A DNA stretch of 64,000 nt from Octopus vulgaris (Eukaryota). The stretch is taken from NCBI GenBank assembly GCA_951406725.2, contig OX597835.1, forward strand, positions 46,252,001 to 46,316,000. Direction: 5' to 3'. Shown one piece after another: positions 53,146-64,000 of this stretch. The notes below the pieces were generated by a model. It had not been told where the DNA came from. It ran no database searches and was given only the letters and a program-made list of their open reading frames with translations. Position 1 is the first letter of the stretch; the number at the start of each line of letters is the position of its first letter. The translations under genes were made by a program, and so were the position numbers.

Positions 53146-54755
53146 ATAATGCTTTATAAAAAAAATAATTAAAAAAGTACAAGAAAGAAACAAAATCGAA
53201 TACAAAAAAAATACCAAAACAAAATGGAAGACAAAAGCCCAGGATGTCTTTGCGCTCTCAGCTTTGCTATGAATTAATTATTACCAAGACACTGTCTGGT
53301 GAATCCATTTCAGTTGTGTATTATTCAACGTTCACTGACTTTATCCTCTGTTCGCCATTTTCCATTCGATATGCTATCATTATCAACTGTCTGACGATTC
53401 TTGCCGAGTTTTGATATTTTGGATGGGAAGTCTACATACAAATGCATACACACGCATGTAGATTCACATAGACACACTAAAAACGCATGTATATATATAT
53501 GCGTATAACATGTATGTATATATACATATAATATATATGCATATACACACACACACATATATATATACATATATATCATAAATCGTATATTCATACAAAA
53601 TAAGCACGCGAATACGCAAGTACACATATACACTCACAGACATATATGTAAAAAAAATTGTGTATGGCGTCTCTCTTTCGCTCTGTCAGTATGTGCATTT
53701 GTATACTTGTGTGTGAGTTTTACTGTGTGCGTGTGTGTCCATGTGTATGCCAGTGTGTGCATATGTATATATATATGTGTGTATACATATATATGTGTAG
53801 AATATGTGTGTATATATATTTGTGTATATATGTATACATATATGTGTGTGTGTGTGTGTGCACATATATATACAAGTATATATATATGGATATATGTGCA
53901 TGTGTATGTATATATTCATGTATACATATATATGGACATACATACGCTCAACCACAAACGCATGCACACATGTATATACATATATGCATACACTTTGTGT
54001 ATATATGTGTGTATGTGTATGTGCGTGTATTTTTATGTGTATATGTATGTATATGTATATGAATGTGTGTACACATATAGATGTGTGTGTGTGTGTGTAT
54101 TTGTATATATGCGTATGACTGTATGCATTACTTACAGAACGATAGCCGTGGACGATAGAAAAAACGAGATAAAAACCTACCGATAATGTTCTTTAATGCA
54201 GAACAGTTCTGTATGATTACATCCCACTGGTAAATTTACACAAATCTCATTGCGCTTACAGCTCAGATATTCTTATATTCTTATATTCTATTTCTTTAAC
54301 TTACAGTGGAGACCGAAAAAGCCATTCTTCCATTCTTTTGAAACTGTCAAAAGTTCCTATTGTATTATCCCCGTGTATAAAAAAATGTCAGATCTTTTAT
54401 TAAGGAGATAAAAAGGAAAACAGAAAGATTTAGATGGCATAGAAATTCTATTTACATATTATATATTTGTGTAGTGGTACTTTTATTGCTAAAGGTATCT
54501 ACATATATTATATGTACTTTCTTACACTCATTCATGGTGGGGGTCATAAGGAATTACACGTAACAACGACGCGATTTCGATTCCAGGCGTCACCCCTGGC
54601 TCCTTGGGCAAGCGCAATCGTAGTACAGCTTCGGACTGTCCAATAGATTGTGAAATAAATCGATAAGGAAAACTGAGAGCCCGCCGTGTACACATGTTCA
54701 CACATAGAGACACACACATACACATACACGCACGCACACACACACACACACACAA

Positions 54756-54786
<31 letters not shown>

Positions 54787-54830
54787 CATACATACAAATA
54801 TATGTAAGCACATAAACAGACAGGCAGATG

Positions 54831-54917
<87 letters not shown>

Positions 54918-55094
54918 GTATATAAAGAGTTTGAATCAATTCCACATGACAAACGTGCTTGGTCACGAGGGAACATCTGATGAGAATCCTTTGTCCCACA
55001 CGCCCACAAAACTTCCGGTAATGTGGAGCTGAGTAACCCGTACGAAATATGTTGAGTCTTACTTTCTGTCGTTTGTTCGTATGTCTCTTTTAGT

Positions 55095-55800
55095 TTTTAA
55101 TCATTATAAATCTTCCACTGAGCCGGTTTCCAACAAAGATACAAAGCTCCGTCTTTGGGATGTAGTTAACACAGATAAATTCACATTTGGAACTTGAGAA
55201 AAGTCTTGCATATTTTTACTGTTCCACTCACAGATTGCACTTGTAATGTACGAATCAACCGGTCACTTTCTCTTTTTGAAAATATCGGTTTATCCAGATT
55301 CTCCTTTAAGCATTTACTAACAAAACCTTGTGCTCCAATTATTATTGGTATGAATATGGATTCATAGTTTGGATATAGAAGCTGGAGGTTTCGAAGTAGT
55401 AGTTCATAGATATCCTCTTTTTCTTTGATTTTCAAAGATATATTTATATCTGCAGGGCAGCTTACCTCAGTGATGGTACATACCTTTGCCCCTCTGTTCC
55501 GAACAACAATATCCGGCCTGTTATGTTTACATTTGAGAGACGTTTTGATGGGAATAATATTCCACCAATATTCCTTCTGGAGTTGGTGTTTATGAATGTA
55601 TTCCATAACAGAGGGATTTTCTAAATTTATTTCATAACAGTCCTTTTTTTTTTGTGGATGGCATTATAAATTGGTTTAACGACAACATCGTGTCGCATAG
55701 CGAGGTAGTACCGTGACAACATTTTAGGACAGCTGCTAATCGCATGCGTAATGTCTTCCACAGAAACATGACATAGCCAACACATGTGCTTGCACCTTGG
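55095..55800 (-). mobile_element. R4-like LINE 3' fragment (CCHC finger + REL endonuclease)
   Basis: CWLCHVSVEDITHAISSC..RHD; KHNRPDIVV..ITEVSCPAD.N..KIKEK..Y; 5' junction lies in (CATA)n. Confidence 0.9.
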
Positions 55801-55846
55801 GGGTGTGCATGTGTGTATGTATGTATGATGTATGTATGTATGTATG

Positions 55847-55880
<34 letters not shown>

Positions 55881-56044
55881 TGTATATATATATATGTATG
55901 TATGTATGTACGTACACATGTATGTGTGCATGTTTGTATGTGTGTGTATATATGTGTGTATGTATGCACGCATGCATGCAAGTATTTATGTATGTATGCA
56001 TGCATGTATTTATGTATGTGTGTGTATATATGTATTATGTATTG

Positions 56045-57780
56045 TTTCCCTGCAGTTCAATTTAAGGCTTACTACTGAGTCCAGCGCTGTCAGTATATTC
56101 TGCATCTAATCTAGAGATTCAGCGAACAGTACGATGCCACGTTCGAATCGGTGGTGTGTTAGTAGTCCCATTTAGTCAATGTCTCTGATGATCATTTCTA
56201 GACAGGCTGTGAAGTGATTTGTAGAGATGCTTTCTCCTTCTATGAAGCCCTTCCCAACCAGAACTCATACCGCTTGCGATATTAGTTCTGCGTCAGACGT
56301 GTTCCCATCCCTGAGTACTCTGATGCATTGCACTCAACATGTATTTTATGAAATTTCAGCACTGGTTCAAGTCAACGCCGTTTTGTAGTCGACAAAAGCG
56401 ATCTACGCAGACAGCTTGTGTTCTTTCGCTCGTTCTCTGTGTGTTGGAGTGAATGCATGATCTATTCTACTGTATTTGTTAAGGAAACCTTCTTGCACCG
56501 TCGGCTGGTGGTCAGCGAGATGTTTCGATAGACTGGTGAATAAAAAATTTGTAAACGGCTTCGAGAGCTGAAACAAGAACTATAAGTGCAGATAGTCTGT
56601 TAAATCTTCTTTATCATCCTTCTTAGGAACCATGATGTTATTCGATTCTTTCCACAGCAAACGTACTTTCTCTTCCTTGAGAAAGAGATTGAAGCGGAGA
56701 ATGAATATTTTTCACCGGCTTCACCACCGTCTCTTAACATTTCTGTTGTTATGTCATCTTTTCCAGGAGCTCCATCTACCACTAACTAGAATAGGTGGGA
56801 CTCCTTTCAGCATTTGCAACGATATTGGCTCAACCTTAACTGTTAATTGAAAAAAGTTGGTTTCGATTTTCTATGCTTCTTTTATTTTCCCTCAGTCTAT
56901 GGCCGTGAGCTGTCCCTTTTCCTTTACCCATCACTCTCCTGACGCATATTTTCACTCTTCATCTTTCCTTTGCAACATATTCTCCTTCTTCTCTAATTTA
57001 TAATCATCCAAGTCATTTTCTAACTTTTATCCGATCGCTTTGCAAAGAAATAAATAATTGAGGTGATCTTTCCTATTCCTCTTCATATTTTTTTCCGCTT
57101 CTCTTGCAGTTTCTTCATCGTTTCTGTTCCTTTTCTTCAAGATCCTTCTCGCCTTAAAGAGGTAGCTTTTAATTTTGTGGGTGAGTGACTTTTAGTCTTC
57201 ATCCAACGTCTTGAAATTGACGCCAATCTTTCCTCTTCGTAGCATCATGAAATTACATCCCATCGAAACACATTAATTCTCCAATGAGATGTCTTCTTCC
57301 CCCTGATTTTGTTGACCACAATCCGATAATCACTGAAGCATTCGAATGGCGTTATCATCAAGACGCCCTGAAAAATGCGGTGTCGTTTGTCAACCAGGAT
57401 GTAGTCAATATTAGTTTTTTAGCGAGAGTTTGTGGTAAACCAGGTTTGTCTCTTTCCAGATTGTTCCCTGAATAGAATTTCTTAACGTTAAGTCTTCTTG
57501 CTTTACTTTCTCTCTCCGATTCAAATATTCCAACCTATTTCTCACATTTCCGTCTTTTTCCAAACTTTGCATTGAAATCCCCCATCATTACCGTGCAAGT
57601 GGTTTTCTGAGGTAGTATTATATTTTGCCCTTGGTAGACTGCTTCCGCTAGCATAAGCCTAGATGGTCCTCAATGTGGCATTTCGTGAAAGACGTACATT
57701 TAGTAATCTGTTGCGTAAAGACAAATGTCAGGAGATGATTATGAGAGCGGCTGTCTTCTTATCTCCAGAGATAAGCCTTT
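56045..57780 (-). pseudogene. Decayed RTE-like LINE ORF (APE + RT)
   Basis: Minus fragments TVMMGDFNAK, NIDYIL, APGKDDITTEML, AFVDYK, HFTACLEMI. Confidence 0.75.
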
Positions 57781-58039
57781 CCTTTTCTTCAATGGCCTAC
57801 CAACTTGGAGAATTCTGAAGTTTTGAAATTACCTTCATTTCTCATATTGACTTGCACTAAATTACCAGATGCTAAGTGTACCAGAGATAATATCGATAAA
57901 TCAAACATTTATTTGTATGGTATTTTATATACCTGCATTTGTATATATTACTCATATACATGTCACTGACAACTGAGTTATTTCCCTTAAATAATTTATG
58001 ATGAATATATAAGCACATACAGAGCAAGCAAAATAATTA

Positions 58040-58436
58040 GGAAGCCGGAGGAAATGCTTAGCGGTATTTCATCCGTTTTCATGTCCTAAGTTCAAATTCC
58101 GCCGAGTTCGACCTTGCTTTTCGTCCTTTGGGGCTCGATCAAATAGGTATCAGTTGAGTACTGGGGTCGATATAATCGACTTACACCTACCCACGAAGTT
58201 ACTGGCCTTCAGCCAAAATTTGCAATCAATATATAAGCACATACAAGGTGGTGAGCTGGCAGAAACGTTAGCACGCCTGGCGAAATGCTTAGTGGTATTT
58301 CGTCTGTCTTTATGTTCTGAGTTCAAATTCCACCATGGTCGACTTTGCCTTTCATCCTTTAGGTACTGGGATCGATCTAATCGACTGGCCCCCTAGCTCA
58401 AAATTCCGGTCCTTGTGCCAAGAGTAGAAAAGAATA
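58040..58436 (+). mobile_element. Two tandem SINE B copies separated by repeated AATATATAAGCACATACA
   Basis: Plus-strand B heads; the spacer motif recurs at ~58004, ~58229 and ~58433. Confidence 0.82.
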
Positions 58437-59302
58437 TATAAGCACATACACAAATATATATTTTTATTTTATTTTTCTTGTGACATCAAATTCATAAGAC
58501 CAGTTACCCGGTTTACTTGGCGCAAAATTCTCCGACATCACAGTAATCACTTGAACAGGAAGCCATTTTCTTTGTAGGGTTCACGGCTACTAATTTTGGA
58601 ATAGAGAGATGAGTTGATTCCATCGATCTGAGCATTTTAGAGGTGCTTTATTTAATTCCTTCGAAGGGCTAAAAGGTAAAGTTGACCACATTGATATTAG
58701 AACGCGTACGTAAAATGCTAAAACATACACACAAAAGGACGTTTTCCCCTCCTCTTGGCCGACACTGTAACCGTTATTCCAAGGCACAGTCTTAACAACA
58801 TACGCAGATCATAAATAAATGCCAGGATTACCAGTTGGTGGTTATTCCGTAGATCTGCAAATCTTTTTGAAATCCCTACCCTTTGTATTTATCTCGGCCT
58901 AATAACATTGCCTTTACATTTGATCGTATTATGCTCCAAAGGTGAAGATCTTACAGACATCGAATCTTTTTGAGGAGAAGAATTATCAGGAACTTCATCA
59001 TCCGTGTGTACCCCGGTTTATGTATGTATGTATGTATGTATGTATGTATGTATGTATGTATGTATGTATGTATGTATGTATGTATGTATGTATGTTTGTA
59101 TGTATGTATGTATGTATGTATGTATGTATGTATGTATGTATGTATGTTTGTATGTATGTATGTATGTATGTATGTATTTGAAACTACACACACAAACAGA
59201 GAAACATATACACACATATATAGACATAAACATGAAGTTATATGTATTTGCATTTTATACCTATACGCACGAATGGATATGTATACGTGTACATATACAT
59301 GG

Positions 59303-59349
<47 letters not shown>

Positions 59350-59793
59350 AATATATATATATACATATATATACACACATATATATACATGTATATATAT
59401 ATACATATATATACACACATATATATATATATATACATATATAAATATATATATACACACACATATATATATATATATATATGTATGTATATATGTATGT
59501 ATATATCGCGTGATATATGTGTATTTGTAATAATTACCATTGTTATTTTTAATATATGGAGAGCAAATGACAAAAAATGAATTACCGGTCTCTTATGTCC
59601 TACATATGTACATATGCATACATACACACACTATTCTATATGTACGCACACACACACAACACAAACACACACACACGCACACATATCTGTACTAGCACTA
59701 AGTGGGTGTACGTTCTCGAGTGTATGTATAATGATGTCGGCAAAAGCTAAGGACAGTTTCATACCATCAGTCACCAGCATTAAAGTGTAAGGT

Positions 59794-59860
<67 letters not shown>

Positions 59861-59884
59861 AAGAAGAAGATGTAGTAGTAGTCA

Positions 59885-60100
59885 TCCTTCCTACTAAATG
59901 CACAAGGCCTGAATTTTGAGGGGAGGGGACTAGACGGTTACATCGACCCCAGTGTTTCGCTGGTATTCAATTTATCGACCCCTAAAAGATGAAAGGCAAA
60001 GTCGACCTCGGTGGAATTTGAACTCAGAATGTAAAGATGGACGGAATGCCACTCGCCATTTTTTCGTCCGGCGAGGTACCGATTCTATCAGCTGACCGCC

Positions 60101-60102
<2 letters not shown>
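59885..60102 (-). mobile_element. SINE family B between (TAG)n and (TAA)n/(GAA)n
   Basis: GAAAGGCAAAGTCGACCTCGGTGGAATTTGAACTCAGAATG. Confidence 0.85.
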
Positions 60103-60186
<84 letters not shown>

Positions 60187-60562
60187 GAGAAGGAAAAGAA
60201 GAAAAAGAAGAAGAAGAAGAAGAAGAAGAAGAAGAAGAAGAAAAAGAAGAAGAAGAAGAAGAAGAATGTTAATGATGATGGTGATAGTGGTGGTGACCAC
60301 GGTGATGATCACGGTGGTCTTCAGCGATGAAGACAACGACGATGATGATAATGATGTTGGTGGTGGTGATGATGGTGGTGCTTGCAGTGGCGATGACGAT
60401 GATGATGATGATAATTCGCTAAATCAATTGCTTTTGATTTTATCAATATTAACACTAACCACATATCTATAAAGTTATCTATTAAACTTGGCCTTCTGTT
60501 TTTTTTTTTTTTTTTTGCGTCTTCCTTGACAGATTATCGTTAACTTCCTTTCATCTATATCA

Positions 60563-60893
60563 TATCTTTATTAACGTAGACACATAAGGAAACCTCATTG
60601 AAGTTGTCGTCTGCCTTCTCCCACAAATACAGCCGATTGTCATTTTTTTCCCTCTCGTTCTCTATTTCTCTATCTTTATTAACGTAGACACATAAGGAAA
60701 CCTCATTGAAGTTGTCGTCTGCCTTCTCCCACAAATACAGCCGATTGTCATTTTTTTCCCTCTCGTTCTCTATTTCTCTATCTTTATTAACGTAGACACA
60801 TAAGGAAACCTCATTGAAGTTGTCGTCTGCCTTCTCCCACAAATACAGCCGACTGTCATTTTTTTCCCCTCTCGTTCTCTATTTCTCTATCTT
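60563..60893. repeat. Three near-identical 108-bp tandem repeats
   Basis: TCTTTATTAACGTAGACAC begins at 60565, 60673 and 60781. Confidence 0.95.
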
Positions 60894-61312
60894 TCTCAAA
60901 TCTTTCTCCTTTTTCTGCCAACTCCCTTGTCTGTCACCATTTTTGCTTGTCTTCTTGTCTTTGATCTACAACTGTCTCCAGCTTATTTCTAAGCTTGTAT
61001 CAATTTCTCTGAGTAAGTTTTCGCCTTTTCTTTTCTTAATAGCATTTTCGTTGTGTCTCTAATTTATACAGATAGTTATACAGGATTATTTATGTGAATC
61101 TCTCTCCATCTCTCTATTTCTCTTTGTCTTTTTCTCTCTGACTCACTCTTCCTGTCTCTCTCTTTCTACATATTTCTCTCTCTTACTTTATATATAAGTA
61201 TGTTCGTTCTTATGTATGTGTGTGTGTACGTATATATGTGTAAATCTCTTTATTTTTCTCTATTTAGAAAGAGATAGCAGATAGAAAGATAGATAGATAG
61301 ATACAGCTATTA

Positions 61313-61352
<40 letters not shown>

Positions 61353-61482
61353 TAAGTGTATATATATATATATATGTGTATATATCTAGGTATGTATATA
61401 TATATATATATATGTATATACATACATGTATATATGTATACATATATACTTATATTTATACATATATATATATAAATACATA

Positions 61483-61520
<38 letters not shown>

Positions 61521-61603
61521 AATACATATATATATACTTTTATATATGTATTATCTATGTATACACACACACATATATATATATATATACTTATATACAT
61601 ATA

Positions 61604-61640
<37 letters not shown>

Positions 61641-61644
61641 TTAT

Positions 61645-62522
61645 ACGAGAGAGGTGCAATTGTTCGTCCGCGCTTGGAAGATCGCTGAGGACGACTCGCC
61701 GAACGAAATTATTGCTGCGGCGCTGAAAAGCAACAATTTTTCGAGAACCACCGCCCAGATAGAGCGAAAGAAGAGAGAAGTTATCCGTTCGTACGCTCTA
61801 ATCAGGCAACATGTGGACACCCTGGACATCATCCTGGGAGGTGACGGCAGCAGGGAGGGCCAAAAGGATGAGGAAAGCATCCAGAGCCAAATGGAGAAGC
61901 CTGGAACACAGGGAAACGATGACACATGTCCAGCTTCCAACACCACAACTGAAGACCAAAGAGGTGCGATGGCCGCAAGAAAGGAAAGGCACCCTGGAAT
62001 TGATGGGAAGCAGGAGGTAAAGGGTGACAGAATCAAGGCTAAAGGAAGCCCTGTCCAGAGAAAGCAGAGGGACCCCAGCAAAAACTGTAAGGGCAGGGAA
62101 AGAAACACCTGCAAATTCTACCTGAGGGGGACTGCTGGTACGGCGTTGAAGGTGCAAACTGTCGCTTTGCACATCGGAGGCCCTACCAAAACCGCACGGA
62201 CGCGAGACAGAGGTCCCTCCCTCAGGGAGAACAAAAACAAAAAGTTAAAAGAAGGGAAAAAAGCGCACTGACCACTACTGAAAGACGGTATGCAGATGTG
62301 GTGCGCGGAAACCCAACAGGTGGCCAGCTTCACCCAGATGTGAGAAGGGCGGCAGCTGAACAGCAGTCTTTTTTGTGCATGGCACAAAAAATTGTTCAGC
62401 AGCTGACCTGGCTACAAGCACAAAGCTGGAACTACCACCACATAAGGCCACCTCCAACAGATGCAGGATGGCCACCACAGACACCAACACCAACACACAC
62501 ACCACAAAAATATTTCTACTGA
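61645..62522 (+). pseudogene. LINE ORF1 (5'-truncated) with CCCH zinc finger; one frameshift in a G-run at ~62126
   Basis: Adding one G gives CKFYLRGDCWYGVEGANCRFAH and joins the frame of ORF 62298-62522. Confidence 0.72.
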
Positions 62523-64000
62523 ATGTAGGAGGGCTGCTGCGCGGAAACTGTAAAAAGAAAATTTCATTCCTGAGAGACCTTGTGACATGCAATCAAGCTA
62601 TATGCATGGCACTCACAGAAACGCATCTTGAACCCGATATAGGTGATGCAGAAATACACATGCCGCAATATGCAGTCATACGCACAGATAGAAAAGGGAG
62701 GAGCCATGGTGGAGTTGCAATGTACATCCGAGATGACCTCACGCCCCAGGTCCTGCTGTCATATTCAAACTCAGTATGTGAAACTCAAATTGTACACATA
62801 AGACAACTGAATATCGTCATATGCACTACATATCGCCCACCAGACGCCCCAAAACACTCAGGCATGTTTGAAGACTGCCTAACAAAAATAGGAGAAGTCC
62901 TCACCAACCTTGAACAGCACAACAGTGTATTCTTCATGGGTGACTTTAACCTCCCCAATGTGGAATGGCCTGGGGGGCAGATGCTCCCAGGGATGACACA
63001 CCATCAGCAGGCACAGGTGGAGTCCCTGCTCCATCTCACAAATACCTCTTTCATGGAGCAAATAGTTCTGCAACCAACAAGGGCAGATAATATACTGGAT
63101 CTCTGCTTTACAAACAATATGGATATTATCCATAATGTTAATGTGATGCCGACAATGATCTCGGATCACAACATAATAGAGCTGTCTACGTATGGAACAA
63201 AAGCCCCCGCAGACACACAGCCTATACGAAGCACCCACCATCTCTCCAACTTAAACTTTCATAAAGCCAACTGGAAGTCGATTGAGAAAGAGATCCTCAA
63301 ACAGGATTGGCCTGAATGTCTCTCCACACCGGACATAAACATGAAACACAAACACTTCATGTCCATAATACAAGCCATATGTGACAAATATGTCCCAATG
63401 TGCAGGGCCAGCACACACAAGAATAAAAACAGGATCCCTAGAGAAAGGAGGATTCTTATGAGACGACGGACAAGGATTGCAAACCGCCTGAGCAAGCACA
63501 CCAAAAGTGGTGAGAAGTCTCGGCTCGAAAGAATGCTAATGGAAACTGAGAAAAGTCTACATCAGTCCCATGAAAAGGAGAGAGCAGATAAAGAAGCTTG
63601 GGTAATAGAAAATATAAAATCAAACCCTAAAGCTTTCTTTAAGTTTGCCAAAGAGACAGCCACAGTGCACCAGAGAATAGGACCTCTCTTCCAAAAAGAT
63701 GGCTCTCTCACAGGAAATCCCACGAGGATAAGTGAAATACTGAACGAACAGTTCCAAAGTGTATTCACTACACCTCTAGGACACAGGCAAGTAAACAACC
63801 CAGAAGAATTCTTTGCCACTTTACCAGCGGCCAAAGAGACAAAAATTGAGTACATCAACATCGAAGAAGATGATATCACACTAGCCATTGATGAGATTGA
63901 CACAAACTCAGCTGCTGGACCTGATGGATTCCCAGCGATCCTTCTCAAATCGTGCAAACGAGCCCTTGCAAAACCGCTACAGCTTCTTTTTCAGAGCTTT
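62468..64000 (+). CDS. CR1/L2-group LINE ORF2 (APE endonuclease leading toward RT), open to the window end
   Basis: ATG at 62468; LLNVGGL, ALTETHL, RTDR..GGVAMYI, YRPP, MGDFNLP, PTR..NILDL, SDHN, SAAGPDGFP. Start and end are in the same frame (511 codons) and the ORF track lists no terminated ORF in this frame. Confidence 0.92.
   Translation, partial: MATTDTNTNTHTTKIFLLNVGGLLRGNCKKKISFLRDLVTCNQAICMALTETHLEPDIGDAEIHMPQYAVIRTDRKGRSHGGVAMYIRDDLTPQVLLSYSNSVCETQIVHIRQLNIVICTTYRPPDAPKHSGMFEDCLTKIGEVLTNLEQHNSVFFMGDFNLPNVEWPGGQMLPGMTHHQQAQVESLLHLTNTSFMEQIVLQPTRADNILDLCFTNNMDIIHNVNVMPTMISDHNIIELSTYGTKAPADTQPIRSTHHLSNLNFHKANWKSIEKEILKQDWPECLSTPDINMKHKHFMSIIQAICDKYVPMCRASTHKNKNRIPRERRILMRRRTRIANRLSKHTKSGEKSRLERMLMETEKSLHQSHEKERADKEAWVIENIKSNPKAFFKFAKETATVHQRIGPLFQKDGSLTGNPTRISEILNEQFQSVFTTPLGHRQVNNPEEFFATLPAAKETKIEYINIEEDDITLAIDEIDTNSAAGPDGFPAILLKSCKRALAKPLQLLFQSF

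Noticed and set aside
54975-55060. CTGATGA...GAAA hammerhead candidate
   Set aside because: Stems I, II and III do not pair convincingly.
60563-60893. CRISPR-like array
   Set aside because: Pure tandem repeats without unique spacers, in a eukaryotic context with no cas genes.

Overview
AT-rich, microsatellite-saturated animal genomic DNA. The SINE families and repeat landscape resemble coleoid cephalopod (octopus) genomes, which is an inference. No host gene can be supported, and nearly all listed ORFs are microsatellite artefacts. Retroelements present: a Naiad-like Penelope-like element (PLE) with RT and GIY-YIG (1-1866, minus), a near full-length but decayed Tx1/L1-like LINE nested in a SINE (40497-44524), a young CR1-group LINE with ORF2 open to the window end (61645-64000), remnants of R4/Dong-like, RTE-like and Ty3/gypsy elements, and three tRNA-derived SINE families. 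DNA transposons present: a Tc1/mariner remnant, a pogo/Tigger-like MITE and two non-autonomous Helitron copies. The strongest unannotated signal is a dispersed set of about 10 type I hammerhead-ribozyme motifs from several unrelated sequence families. Most lie in short non-coding inserts in TA microsatellites, and two lie inside fold-back (inverted repeat) elements. One repeated family is non-canonical: CUGUNGA core, an extra A, and a loop-less ACGU stem III. All structures were paired by eye; none was folded computationally or tested.
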